From Anaeromyxobacteraceae bacterium (GTDB taxonomy: Bacteria; Myxococcota; Myxococcia; Myxococcales; Anaeromyxobacteraceae), in the NCBI GenBank assembly GCA_032654565.1, contig JAULAX010000018.1, positions 96,001 to 160,000 on the forward strand: a stretch of DNA of 64,000 bases, written 5' to 3'. Of this stretch, positions 29,571-37,671 are shown in pieces. Position 1 is the stretch's first letter. Each line of letters opens with the position of its first letter. Below the pieces are notes generated by a model. It saw only the letters and a program-made list of their open reading frames with translations. It was not told the origin of the DNA and did no database searches. The position numbers were made by a program, and so were the translations under genes.

Positions 29571-29594
29571 GGTCGCGTGTTACACACCGCGACC
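29571..29594 (-). other. Candidate double-strand origin/nick-site hairpin
   Basis: GGTCGCG-10 nt loop-CGCGACC; the coding strand carries GTAACACG; ~210 bp upstream of rep. Confidence 0.5.
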
Positions 29595-29741
29595 TAGCTG
29601 CCGTCACGGCAGCGTTTGCAGCGAGCGCGGAGCCGGCCCGCAATGCGCCACGATGTTCCGACCCGGTGGAAGGGGCGTCGCCCTCGGCGAACGGGTGAAG
29701 GGGAGGGGCGGCGAGCGAAGGCAGGTGCACGGGGGTTCCTT

Positions 29742-30026
29742 TCAGGTGAGGGGTGAAGCCGGCGCGGCGCCCGGGGTGGGCTCCCTGCCGGGGTTCGATT
29801 GAGAGGTGCGAGGCAGAGCGGCCGCAACGGCAGCAAGGTCGTCGGCAGGGACGGCCAGCGCCCGGGCGAGCCGGGCGGCCATGTCGGGCGAGAGGAAACC
29901 ACCGCGCTCAACCAGGCTCACCGTCGAGAGGGAGCAGCCAGCGCGGACGGCCAGCGAGACCTGGGAGAGGCCGGCGCGGAGTCGCTCGCGGCGAAGGGGC
30001 GTCTGTGGGTGGAGAGGCAGCGTCAT
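29742..30026 (-). CDS. XRE/Cro-family HTH regulator
   Basis: LRRERLRAGLSQVSLA.RAGCS.STVSLVERG. Confidence 0.85.
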   Translation of the reverse strand: MTLPLHPQTPLRRERLRAGLSQVSLAVRAGCSLSTVSLVERGGFLSPDMAARLARALAVPADDLAAVAAALPRTSQSNPGREPTPGAAPASPLT

Positions 30027-30108
30027 GCGGCCAAGATGCGGCCGCAGCGTGAGGATACAAAGGAACGCCGAATCCCGAATTCGCGAGATTCCGCGCTCAG
30101 CGTTCCGG

Positions 30109-30732
30109 CTAATTCAGGAGGCGGATTCTCTGGCCCCTTGCGGGCGGCTTACGGATCCCTTCGAGCTTTCGCAGCAGCGACCGGAGCGCCCGTGCGTCCA
30201 GGCGGTGGAGACCGCGCTCCATCTGGCTCAGGTGAAACCGAATGATGGCCCGGAACTGGTCCGGAGTTGGGGGCCGCCGAGGCGAGCGCTTGACGAGAGG
30301 CTTCATGAAGGCGACGAGCTCGAACATCTCTCGCGGCGAGTTCATGGATAGGTGCTCGCCCATCCAGGTCTCTCGCTTGCGAGCCCGGCGCAGTGCTTCG
30401 TCCCAGGCCTTGCGCATCGACTCGAACTGGTCCGCCGACCGCACCTTCCCGTTGGCGGCGGCGACCTCCAGCAACGCCGCTGCACCCCCGGTGATCGTCA
30501 CCTTGTGAACACGCTCCAGCACGAAGAGGATGTCCGCCGCGCAGGTCTGGCGCTCCTCTGCGTCGAGCCGGTCGAGCAGCGGGCCCCGGTTGCCGCCATC
30601 CTTTGGGCCGAACGCCAGCCGGAAGGTCGCGCACGCTTCCGCGAGGGCCGCCTCTCCAAGCTGGAGCCGGCAAGTCTCAAGCGCGAGCTTGGCGGTGGTC
30701 CAAGGATGGATTTCCCGCTTCCGTTGTCCCAT
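30109..30732 (-). CDS. Hypothetical protein
   Basis: 207-aa ORF from ATG 30732; no recognisable motif. Confidence 0.5.
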   Translation of the reverse strand: MGQRKREIHPWTTAKLALETCRLQLGEAALAEACATFRLAFGPKDGGNRGPLLDRLDAEERQTCAADILFVLERVHKVTITGGAAALLEVAAANGKVRSADQFESMRKAWDEALRRARKRETWMGEHLSMNSPREMFELVAFMKPLVKRSPRRPPTPDQFRAIIRFHLSQMERGLHRLDARALRSLLRKLEGIRKPPARGQRIRLLN

Positions 30733-30943
30733 GAGCGCTCCTAGGCGCGTTCCCAGAGGTGAAGATGGCAGCCAACAGCCTGGAAAGCATGCCTTCGGCT
30801 GGACGGCCCAACTCGCAAAGTGATCTCTCCAGATCACCGCTCAGAACGTCAAGAACACTTAGGGACCAAACGCTCGCGAATCAGCGATGCGCCTACAAGT
30901 CGTGGTATCAACACGGGCGCCGACCCGAGCAGCGTTCGGAACG

Positions 30944-31912
30944 ATGCCCAAGACCCTCGCAGTTAGATTCCTTTGGTGGAATATCACAGGCTTCGCCCAC
31001 TACGAGCGGGCGAGAGCTGCTGAGGAGCGGCGGCCAGGCTCCAAAAAGGCCTACCGATTGCGCTGTCGGGAAGTCGATGCTGCGCTGCTAGCGCTATTCC
31101 GGCGGCGAGGACGGCCGTCAGTGCTTGGACTTGCTGAGGTGACCTGTACTGCGGCCGAAGAGCTAAGGGACCGACTGCTCCCAGGCTACGAAGTACTCTC
31201 ACTCGACGTGGTCCCGCCTCAGTCGAACTTCCACGTCTGCATAATCTACGAAGCGAGACTAGGCTTCGAAAATCCTCAGGCAATTGCGCCTTCCGAAGGT
31301 GTCCCGGTCGGTACTCGTGCAGCGGCGGCGGTGGACCTCCACTGGGGAGCCCACGTGATTCGCTTCATCGTTTGCCACTGGGTCGCGCGAATCGGCAAGA
31401 ATGCGGATGAATACCGCGCCACCGTGGCCAGTCACCTTCGTTCGAGCATCTTCGACTTCTTGCATGGAACGCAAAGCGCCAAGAGACGCCACGTTGTGGT
31501 TCTTGGTGACCTGAACGACGAGCCATTTAGCAAGTCGGTGCAACTGCTGCATGCTTCCCGTAGTCGCGACCGGGCCGGCGATCGGCTTCACTATCAGGAT
31601 AAGGCAGTGAAGAAGTCTCGGTTGTACAATTGTGCGTGGCGCCTTCTGGGGGAAAACCTACCGCACAGGGCAAGAAGAGGAGGGCCTTCGGTTGCCGGAA
31701 CCTACTACTGGGGTACAGAGAAGGAGTGGGTGACGCTCGACCATGTCATCGTCAGCGGAGGCCTGCTGGCGCACTCAGCACCATTCCTCGATGAGCGCAC
31801 CGTCGAAGTAGTTGCGATTCGGCCACTAGTAAACTCCAAGAGCCAACCGTGTGTGTCAGATCACCTGCCTATTGGCGGTACGCTTGTGCTCCCGGCAAGG
31901 AGGAAGCCATGA
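30944..31912 (+). CDS. Endonuclease/exonuclease/phosphatase (EEP) family protein
   Basis: WWN, LAEV, HW, GDLNDEP, LDHVIVS, SDHLPI catalytic motifs; lower GC. Confidence 0.88.
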   Translation: MPKTLAVRFLWWNITGFAHYERARAAEERRPGSKKAYRLRCREVDAALLALFRRRGRPSVLGLAEVTCTAAEELRDRLLPGYEVLSLDVVPPQSNFHVCIIYEARLGFENPQAIAPSEGVPVGTRAAAAVDLHWGAHVIRFIVCHWVARIGKNADEYRATVASHLRSSIFDFLHGTQSAKRRHVVVLGDLNDEPFSKSVQLLHASRSRDRAGDRLHYQDKAVKKSRLYNCAWRLLGENLPHRARRGGPSVAGTYYWGTEKEWVTLDHVIVSGGLLAHSAPFLDERTVEVVAIRPLVNSKSQPCVSDHLPIGGTLVLPARRKP

Positions 31913-32367
31913 GTCTGAAGGACAAGTTGAAGGCAACGGTTCAGCAGGCGAATGAGGCCTTTGAGAAGGCAAACGCCGACCTCAGCGCACTGGTGGGGGA
32001 AGTCGCCGTGGCCGTCAAGGAGATGACCGATTCGACTATGAGCGCCGCCTTGATTCGCCAGAGACTCCAAGAGGCTGAGGCCCCAGAAGCCTCGTTGGCC
32101 CTGCTCAAGAGAGATGGCAAGAGTTGGACCGTGCTCAGCAGGTTGGTTACCTACCGATTCACAGGGGACGGATACCCAATTAGCATCGGCAATGGACGTG
32201 AGAAATCGTTCTTCGCTTCCGGCACGGCGGCAGATCGCGAAGAGTTGCAGGCGCACTTCGAGAGGTTGGTCACAGATCGGGAATCGCCCCTCGTCCTGAA
32301 CGTGATCCTTAGGCTTCGAGAAGCTGGCCGGTCATCCAACGTTGCTCGTAAGTCCGACTCGAAGTGA
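31909..32367 (+). CDS. Hypothetical protein translationally coupled to the EEP nuclease
   Basis: AAGGAGG SD and ATGA overlap; N-terminal coiled-coil-like helix, then alpha/beta region. Confidence 0.75.
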   Translation: MSLKDKLKATVQQANEAFEKANADLSALVGEVAVAVKEMTDSTMSAALIRQRLQEAEAPEASLALLKRDGKSWTVLSRLVTYRFTGDGYPISIGNGREKSFFASGTAADREELQAHFERLVTDRESPLVLNVILRLREAGRSSNVARKSDSK

Positions 32368-32497
32368 TGTGTTGACTGCCGACCCGACGGGAGTACGGCC
32401 TCCTGAACCCAAGACGATATTAGCTGCCAGCAGGAGTGAAACGTCACGCCCCAGGCGCATCAGGAGCGGTTTAACTCTCGGGGGAAGGCAAATTCTG

Positions 32498-33919
32498 TTA
32501 GCGGTACCGCCACCTGTGCTGGCGGACCTCCTTGTCAAGTGCTGCCTTCGCAGCCTTGAAGGCGTCCAAGTCGGCTCCAAAGAGACCAGCCTTGAACGGC
32601 GGCCAGGCCGCTCCCTGCTCGTTCAGTTCAGCATCGGTTGTCTCGGCCAATGTGGCGCCTCGAGTGTCCCCGTCGTGCCATAGAAACCGGCCGTAGTGCG
32701 GGTACACATCAGCTACGAGCGTCGCGGCGAGTGCATTTAGGTACTCGAACCTAGAGAACAGTTCTTCGCACCGTGCCTCGGACACCCGAGGCAAACGGAT
32801 TAGCGCAGGTTTCACGGCGTCGAGAACGCGGTCATTTTGCGGAGTTTTGAGCACCTGGCCGTCCGTCCGCGGCACCTGGAGCGGGCCATCCAAGGCGTAC
32901 CCCGGCGACAGAATCCCCAGCGCAGGCGAACGCATTCGGGCCGGGTCCTTCACTCGAATGGCGTGAAGTTTCGCCAGCAGCGTGAGATTGCCTTTGGCAA
33001 GCGAAGCAATCCCCGCCGCATAGAACGCGAGCACGGCTGGGTACACGCGGAGCTGATTGAGGTGGGTAAAACCGTTGCGGACCTCGTTCATCCCTGCGAG
33101 TTGTTCGATGGTCGCGAGCAACGACTCATAATGTTCGTCCTTGCCGAAGTAGCCAATTTCAGCAGAGATGCCGACGAGATCGGCCGATGCTTCTTCGACC
33201 CGACTGACGAGGGCGAGGTAGTCGGTGTCTGGAATGTTGCTTTGGGCGAGGATGGAAGTGGCAACTTCTGAGGGTGCGCGGAGCGCGTTGCTGAGCAATT
33301 CCTCGAATTGATAGCTGCTCTCCTGGAGGTACTGCCGCAATAACCGCATCGACGCGGGCGGGGGGTGACCCCCGTTGGCTTCGGCTACCGCCGGCGCAGC
33401 CTGCTTTTCCTGACCCTGAGGCACTCCGCGAATCCAGCCAGGGCGTGGGTGCGTCTGGATGGCCCTCATGAGCGCAACGGTAACCTTTGCAGCAAGGTCG
33501 TCCGGATTGGTCCATGTGTTGCGAATCCGCCCGTTGCTCACTTTGTTGCGGAACGCGTCGAGCTTCCTTCTCGCGTCGTCATTCTTGTCTGTCTTACCTA
33601 CCGGGATGCTGTCTGGGTCGCCATGCACGAACGAGAGCACAGGGATGCGCTGTGAGACCGCGTAGTCGAACTCCTGCTCCGTGTAGCTCAGACGGTCTTC
33701 GCCGAGAGAGCCGTATCTCCCAGCCACCAGAACCACGTAGTAGTCGCATCGATCAATCGCGCGCTGAATCACGCTCCACTGCGAAGCATCTTCCGCAGGA
33801 AAGAGCTCCATCCCGGCAGGAAAACAGTCAGCCTTGAGGACTGCTCGGATAACCTTGGCGCGCTCCTCCTCAAGATCTACAAAGGTGGAGCTGATGAAGA
33901 CCTCGTACCTCCTGTCCAT
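32498..33919 (-). CDS. DUF4062 (TIR-like) domain protein with a helical C-terminal domain
   Basis: YEVFISSTFVDLEEER...GMELFPA...CDYYVVLVAGRYGS...SYTEQEFDYA signature. Confidence 0.85.
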   Translation of the reverse strand: MDRRYEVFISSTFVDLEEERAKVIRAVLKADCFPAGMELFPAEDASQWSVIQRAIDRCDYYVVLVAGRYGSLGEDRLSYTEQEFDYAVSQRIPVLSFVHGDPDSIPVGKTDKNDDARRKLDAFRNKVSNGRIRNTWTNPDDLAAKVTVALMRAIQTHPRPGWIRGVPQGQEKQAAPAVAEANGGHPPPASMRLLRQYLQESSYQFEELLSNALRAPSEVATSILAQSNIPDTDYLALVSRVEEASADLVGISAEIGYFGKDEHYESLLATIEQLAGMNEVRNGFTHLNQLRVYPAVLAFYAAGIASLAKGNLTLLAKLHAIRVKDPARMRSPALGILSPGYALDGPLQVPRTDGQVLKTPQNDRVLDAVKPALIRLPRVSEARCEELFSRFEYLNALAATLVADVYPHYGRFLWHDGDTRGATLAETTDAELNEQGAAWPPFKAGLFGADLDAFKAAKAALDKEVRQHRWRYR

Positions 33920-34053
33920 GAACTCTCCCGAGTGGCGCGCCTGAGTTGTGTTCAGTGGTTCGCTGCCCGTTAAGCTGTAGTGTCGGTTATCCGAAGCATT
34001 GGACCCCGGGTTTTCAGAAGCATGCCCCCGCGGGTCCGGCGGCGTGACGTGAT

Positions 34054-34836
34054 CTACTTGCCGCTCTTGGCCTCGCTCTGTCCAGTCTTTCGGCCGGGCT
34101 TGAGGCGTGTCCGGTACGACTCGCCCTCCATGACGAGGTCGTAGGCGTTCGAGGTGAAGCGGTCGATGGCGGCGTGGGCGCGCGCCGGGTCGGCGAAGGT
34201 GGCGAGCCATTCGTCGGGGCCGCGGTTGGAGGTGATGATCATCGAGCCGGCGCGGTGGCGCTCGAAGATGATCTCGTGCGCATCGCGGCTCTCCTGGACG
34301 TCCATGGCGTCCAGGCCGAAGTCGTCGATGATGAGCAGGTCGACGGCGAGCAGCGCGCGCAGCTCTCGCTCGTGGGTCTGGGTGAGGCGAGCGTGCTTGA
34401 GGGTCTTCAGCATGGCGTCGGCGCTGACGGCCACGACCGAGTGGCCGCGGCGGCAGGCGACGTGGCCGAGCGCGTGGGCGAGGAAAGTCTTGCCGACGCC
34501 GACGCTGCCGACGATGGCGACGTGGTTGTGGGCTTCGAGGAATCGCAGCGAGGCGAGCTCGTTGAGCAGCGCGCGGTCGTACTGGACCTTGGACGTGCTG
34601 TCCCACCGCTCCAGCTGCGCCTCCATGTCGAGGTGGCCACGCTGCGCCCGGATGGTGGCGGCCTGGCCATCGCGCCGCGAGGCCTCGTCGCCGAGGGCGA
34701 GCAGCAGCAGGTCCTGGTGCGGCATCTTCTGCTGGCGCGCGAGGGTGAGCCGCTCCGGCAGAGTGTCGAGCATTCGGGAGAGCTTGAGCCGCTTCAGCAC
34801 GGTCTTCAGATCGGGCGAGATGACGTCAGGGGTCAC
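34054..34836 (-). CDS. istB: IS21 helper ATPase
   Basis: GSVGVGKT Walker A, LLIIDDFG Walker B, ITSNR. Confidence 0.93.
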   Translation of the reverse strand: MTPDVISPDLKTVLKRLKLSRMLDTLPERLTLARQQKMPHQDLLLLALGDEASRRDGQAATIRAQRGHLDMEAQLERWDSTSKVQYDRALLNELASLRFLEAHNHVAIVGSVGVGKTFLAHALGHVACRRGHSVVAVSADAMLKTLKHARLTQTHERELRALLAVDLLIIDDFGLDAMDVQESRDAHEIIFERHRAGSMIITSNRGPDEWLATFADPARAHAAIDRFTSNAYDLVMEGESYRTRLKPGRKTGQSEAKSGK

Positions 34837-36409
34837 GGTCTTCTCCTTCGATGGGCCGCTCGCGAGATGCGAGCGGCAGGGCGTACTGGCTCGGCGGCCG
34901 AAGGTAGCGGGCCAGCGGGATCACGTTGGTGGGCCGTGGCGCGAGGCGCGTGTCGAGCCGGATGAGCTTGTCGAGGCGGGTCACGTCGACCATGCCGGCG
35001 GCCAGCGCGGTCAGGCAGCCGGCGTCGACGCGCGCGCCGCCGAAGCGCTCGGCGAGCCCGATGAGCCGGTGGACCTGGCGCATCTTCATCCACGGCGCCG
35101 GCCCGGCAAGCAGCGCCTCGGCGTACTTGCTGACGTGCTCGCCGTGGCCGGCCGCCTTGCGGATCCAGAAGGCCCCGTCCCGCTGCGCCGTGGCCAGCGA
35201 CTCGGCCGGGAAGTCGGCCGGGTCGATCGAGCGCTGGCCGGGTCCGACGCGGGGATGCGTTTTCACGAGCTGGCCGTGGAACCAGAAGCGGACCAGCTGC
35301 CGGTCGGCACGGGCGCGCAGGTACTTACGGCGGTAGTCGAGCGGGAGCGAGTAGAGGCCCTTGGCCACCTGCGCGAACTGGTCGGGTGCGACCTTGGGAT
35401 CGCACCAGACCGGCACATCGTATGGCGCCGAGGGCGGCGCCAGCAGCGCCGGCTTCTCCACGGCCTCGAAGTGCTCGAGCGGCAGCCTCAGCGTCGTCGA
35501 GTGGCGCCGGCAGCCGTACTCGCTCGCGCACCAGCCCAAGGCCCGCTCCCGCGCCGCCTCGATGGAGTGGAGCCGCTCGCCGCCGAAGCAGTCGTCGCGT
35601 ACGGTCTGGACCGAGCGTTCGACGCGCGGCTTGTCCTTCGGGTGGCGCACCCGCGTGGTGTCGATGACGAAGCCACGCGCCTGCGAGTACTCCAGGAAGG
35701 TCTCGTTCAGCTTCGGCTCGAGCGCATCAGCCGTCGTGACGATGGTCTTTGTGTTGTCGACGACGATGACCTTGAAGATCCCGCCGAAGAATTCCCAGGC
35801 CGCCTCGCACGCCTCGATGGCGGTCACGGTGGTCTCGTGCAGCACCGGGTAGACGAAGCGATGGCGAGAAAGCCCGGACGTGAAGATCCAGGCACGGAAG
35901 CGGCGGCGGCGCCCGAGCAGGTCGGGCTCCAGCATCGTCATCCAGCCGGTGTCGACCTGGACCTCCGCGCCCGGCTCGCCGTCGGCGACCGGCACGGATG
36001 GCGGCAAGTGGCCGAAGCCGAGCTGCTCCAGCGCGAACCGGCGCAGCGTCTGGTAGCTGACGTTGACGCCCTCCCGGCCCAGCAGCTTGCGAACCTTGGT
36101 GAGCCGGACGCCGTGGTCGATGTGCTTCTCGATGAACGAGCGCCGGGCCTCGCAGGTCGCCCAACCGTCCCCGCGAGGGCGGCCGGTCGCCGGCTGCGTC
36201 GCGGTGAGCACGGCCGCCACCAACTCGTCGGTGAGCGCTGCGGCGCCATGCGCCTGCTCCACCCCGCACGCCTTCGCGGCGGCCAGGTACCGGCGCACCG
36301 TCTTCACATCGAGGCCGAGTTGCTGGGCGATGCGCCGCTTCGGCACGCCACCCAGCCACTGCCTCAGGATCTCTTTGACCTCCAGCACCGTGACCTCGCG
36401 AAACGCCAT
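34826..36409 (-). CDS. istA: IS21 transposase
   Basis: N-terminal HTH, QVDTG, VVDN, PKDKPRVER DDE motifs. Confidence 0.93.
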   Translation of the reverse strand: MAFREVTVLEVKEILRQWLGGVPKRRIAQQLGLDVKTVRRYLAAAKACGVEQAHGAAALTDELVAAVLTATQPATGRPRGDGWATCEARRSFIEKHIDHGVRLTKVRKLLGREGVNVSYQTLRRFALEQLGFGHLPPSVPVADGEPGAEVQVDTGWMTMLEPDLLGRRRRFRAWIFTSGLSRHRFVYPVLHETTVTAIEACEAAWEFFGGIFKVIVVDNTKTIVTTADALEPKLNETFLEYSQARGFVIDTTRVRHPKDKPRVERSVQTVRDDCFGGERLHSIEAARERALGWCASEYGCRRHSTTLRLPLEHFEAVEKPALLAPPSAPYDVPVWCDPKVAPDQFAQVAKGLYSLPLDYRRKYLRARADRQLVRFWFHGQLVKTHPRVGPGQRSIDPADFPAESLATAQRDGAFWIRKAAGHGEHVSKYAEALLAGPAPWMKMRQVHRLIGLAERFGGARVDAGCLTALAAGMVDVTRLDKLIRLDTRLAPRPTNVIPLARYLRPPSQYALPLASRERPIEGEDRDP

Positions 36410-36608
36410 CGCCGCCTCCGTCCGTGGACGGCGGCATCGTGGCTGCTAGGTCACGCCAACGGGGAGGGAATACTTCTGGAAATCCCTCACGCCCAGGGGG
36501 GAATGCTTCTGAAAATCTCACGCGCCCGGGGTCCCTACCTTCTGGAAACCGACATGTAGCAGCCACGCCCCCACAGTCAAGGCGGGAAGTTTGTGCGCGG
36601 CACCGCGA

Positions 36609-36792
36609 TCAGCGGACGGAAGCCGGCAACGACGCCGGTGAGCCAAACGTGCCAAACTGTTCGTCTAGGGTTCCCTGACTCACCCGAATCGAGTTTAGGA
36701 CTCGAACGTGCGGTAGCCTTCGCTCGCTGCATAGGCGGTAGACCGTCGCCCGGCAGACTCCCAGCTGCTCGGCCACCTGCTTCACGGTAAGT
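36609..36792 (-). pseudogene. 3' part of an HTH_17/excisionase-like domain cut by IS66 (continues at 39637-39788)
   Basis: (DRL)LTVKQVAEQLGVCRATVYRL...LPHVRV.NSIRV; the frame is restored when IS66 and one TSD copy are removed. Confidence 0.75.
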
Positions 36793-36868
36793 GTAACCGG
36801 CCGGGGAACCACGTCTAGCGAGGGCGACCGACCGGCCTGATGCTCCTCCGTTCACGACGGAGGAAGAC

Positions 36869-37255
36869 ATGGCCGACCAGGACAAGTTGCGTTGGACGAA
36901 GCTCGTCGCCGACTTCGAGACATGCGACCTGACGCAGTGCGAGTTTGCAGCGGAGCGGGGGATCTCCTTCAGCACCCTCCGGCACTGGATCTACAAGTTG
37001 CGCAAGGACTCCCGGCCGCTGGTGACGGAGGCGGCCAGTTCTCCTGGTCAAGCCCCCGAGCAGGTCATCGTGAAACAGGGCTCGCGTCTCGTACCGGTGC
37101 GGGTGGTAGGGTCCGCGACGAAGTCGCGGACGGGGGCCAGGGCGAGCGGCGAGGCCGAGAGTTTGCTGGAGTTGGTCTTCCCGTCCGGCGCGCTGCTGCG
37201 GTTTCCAGCCGGCACGGACCTCCGGTACTTGCAGGCCCTGGCTGCGGCCTTGTAG
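36869..37255 (+). CDS. tnpA: IS66 accessory protein TnpA
   Basis: HTH (FAAERGISFSTLRHW) and position in IS66. Confidence 0.85.
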   Translation: MADQDKLRWTKLVADFETCDLTQCEFAAERGISFSTLRHWIYKLRKDSRPLVTEAASSPGQAPEQVIVKQGSRLVPVRVVGSATKSRTGARASGEAESLLELVFPSGALLRFPAGTDLRYLQALAAAL

Positions 37256-37258
37256 CCC

Positions 37259-37657
37259 GTGCTCACCATCCCGAGGTCGGTCCGCATCTTCATCGGCTCG
37301 ACGCCGATCGACATGCGCAAGTCGATCGATGGCCTCATGTCGATCGTGCAGGAGGAGCTGGAGGAGAATGCATACTCGGGCCACCTCTTCGTCTTCGTGT
37401 CGCGGCGGTGCGACCGGGTGAAGATCCTCACCTGGGACAAGGGCGGCTTCGTACTCGTCTACAAGCGGCTCGAGCGTGGCCAGTTCAAGCTGCCGCACAT
37501 GGACGCGTCCACGATGGCCGTCGAGATCGACGCGACGCAGCTGACGATGCTGCTCGACGGGATCGACTTCGGGCGCGTCCGCCGGCCAGAGCACTGGAAG
37601 CCGCCCCAGGCTGACCATCCGAGCGGCCGTCCCATGGACAAACAGCCTCCAACATGA
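37259..37657 (+). CDS. tnpB: IS66 accessory protein TnpB
   Basis: DMRKSIDGL, VKILTWDKGGF..YKRLE.G.F motifs. Confidence 0.92.
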   Translation: MLTIPRSVRIFIGSTPIDMRKSIDGLMSIVQEELEENAYSGHLFVFVSRRCDRVKILTWDKGGFVLVYKRLERGQFKLPHMDASTMAVEIDATQLTMLLDGIDFGRVRRPEHWKPPQADHPSGRPMDKQPPT

Positions 37658-37671
37658 TCTGACGATCGTTG

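Larger units (their letters stand above)
33981..36554 (-). mobile_element. IS21-family insertion sequence
   Basis: TGTCGGTT...AACCGACA ends, multiple subterminal CTTCTG(G/A)AA repeats, 5-bp TSD TGTAG (33976-80, 36555-59). Confidence 0.93.

Noticed and set aside
30066..30094. Imperfect palindrome upstream of the XRE gene as an operator
   Set aside because: Single, imperfect and unreplicated; not enough support.
32498..34606. 702-aa ORF as a DUF4062 fusion
   Set aside because: The N-terminal 229 codons are an alternative frame of istB, the IS21 end and the promoter region; the real start is ATG 33919.
37259..37657. RNA-guided TnpB nuclease
   Set aside because: This is the unrelated 132-aa IS66 accessory TnpB, with no RuvC motifs; no IS605-type TnpB accompanies the Y1 transposase either.
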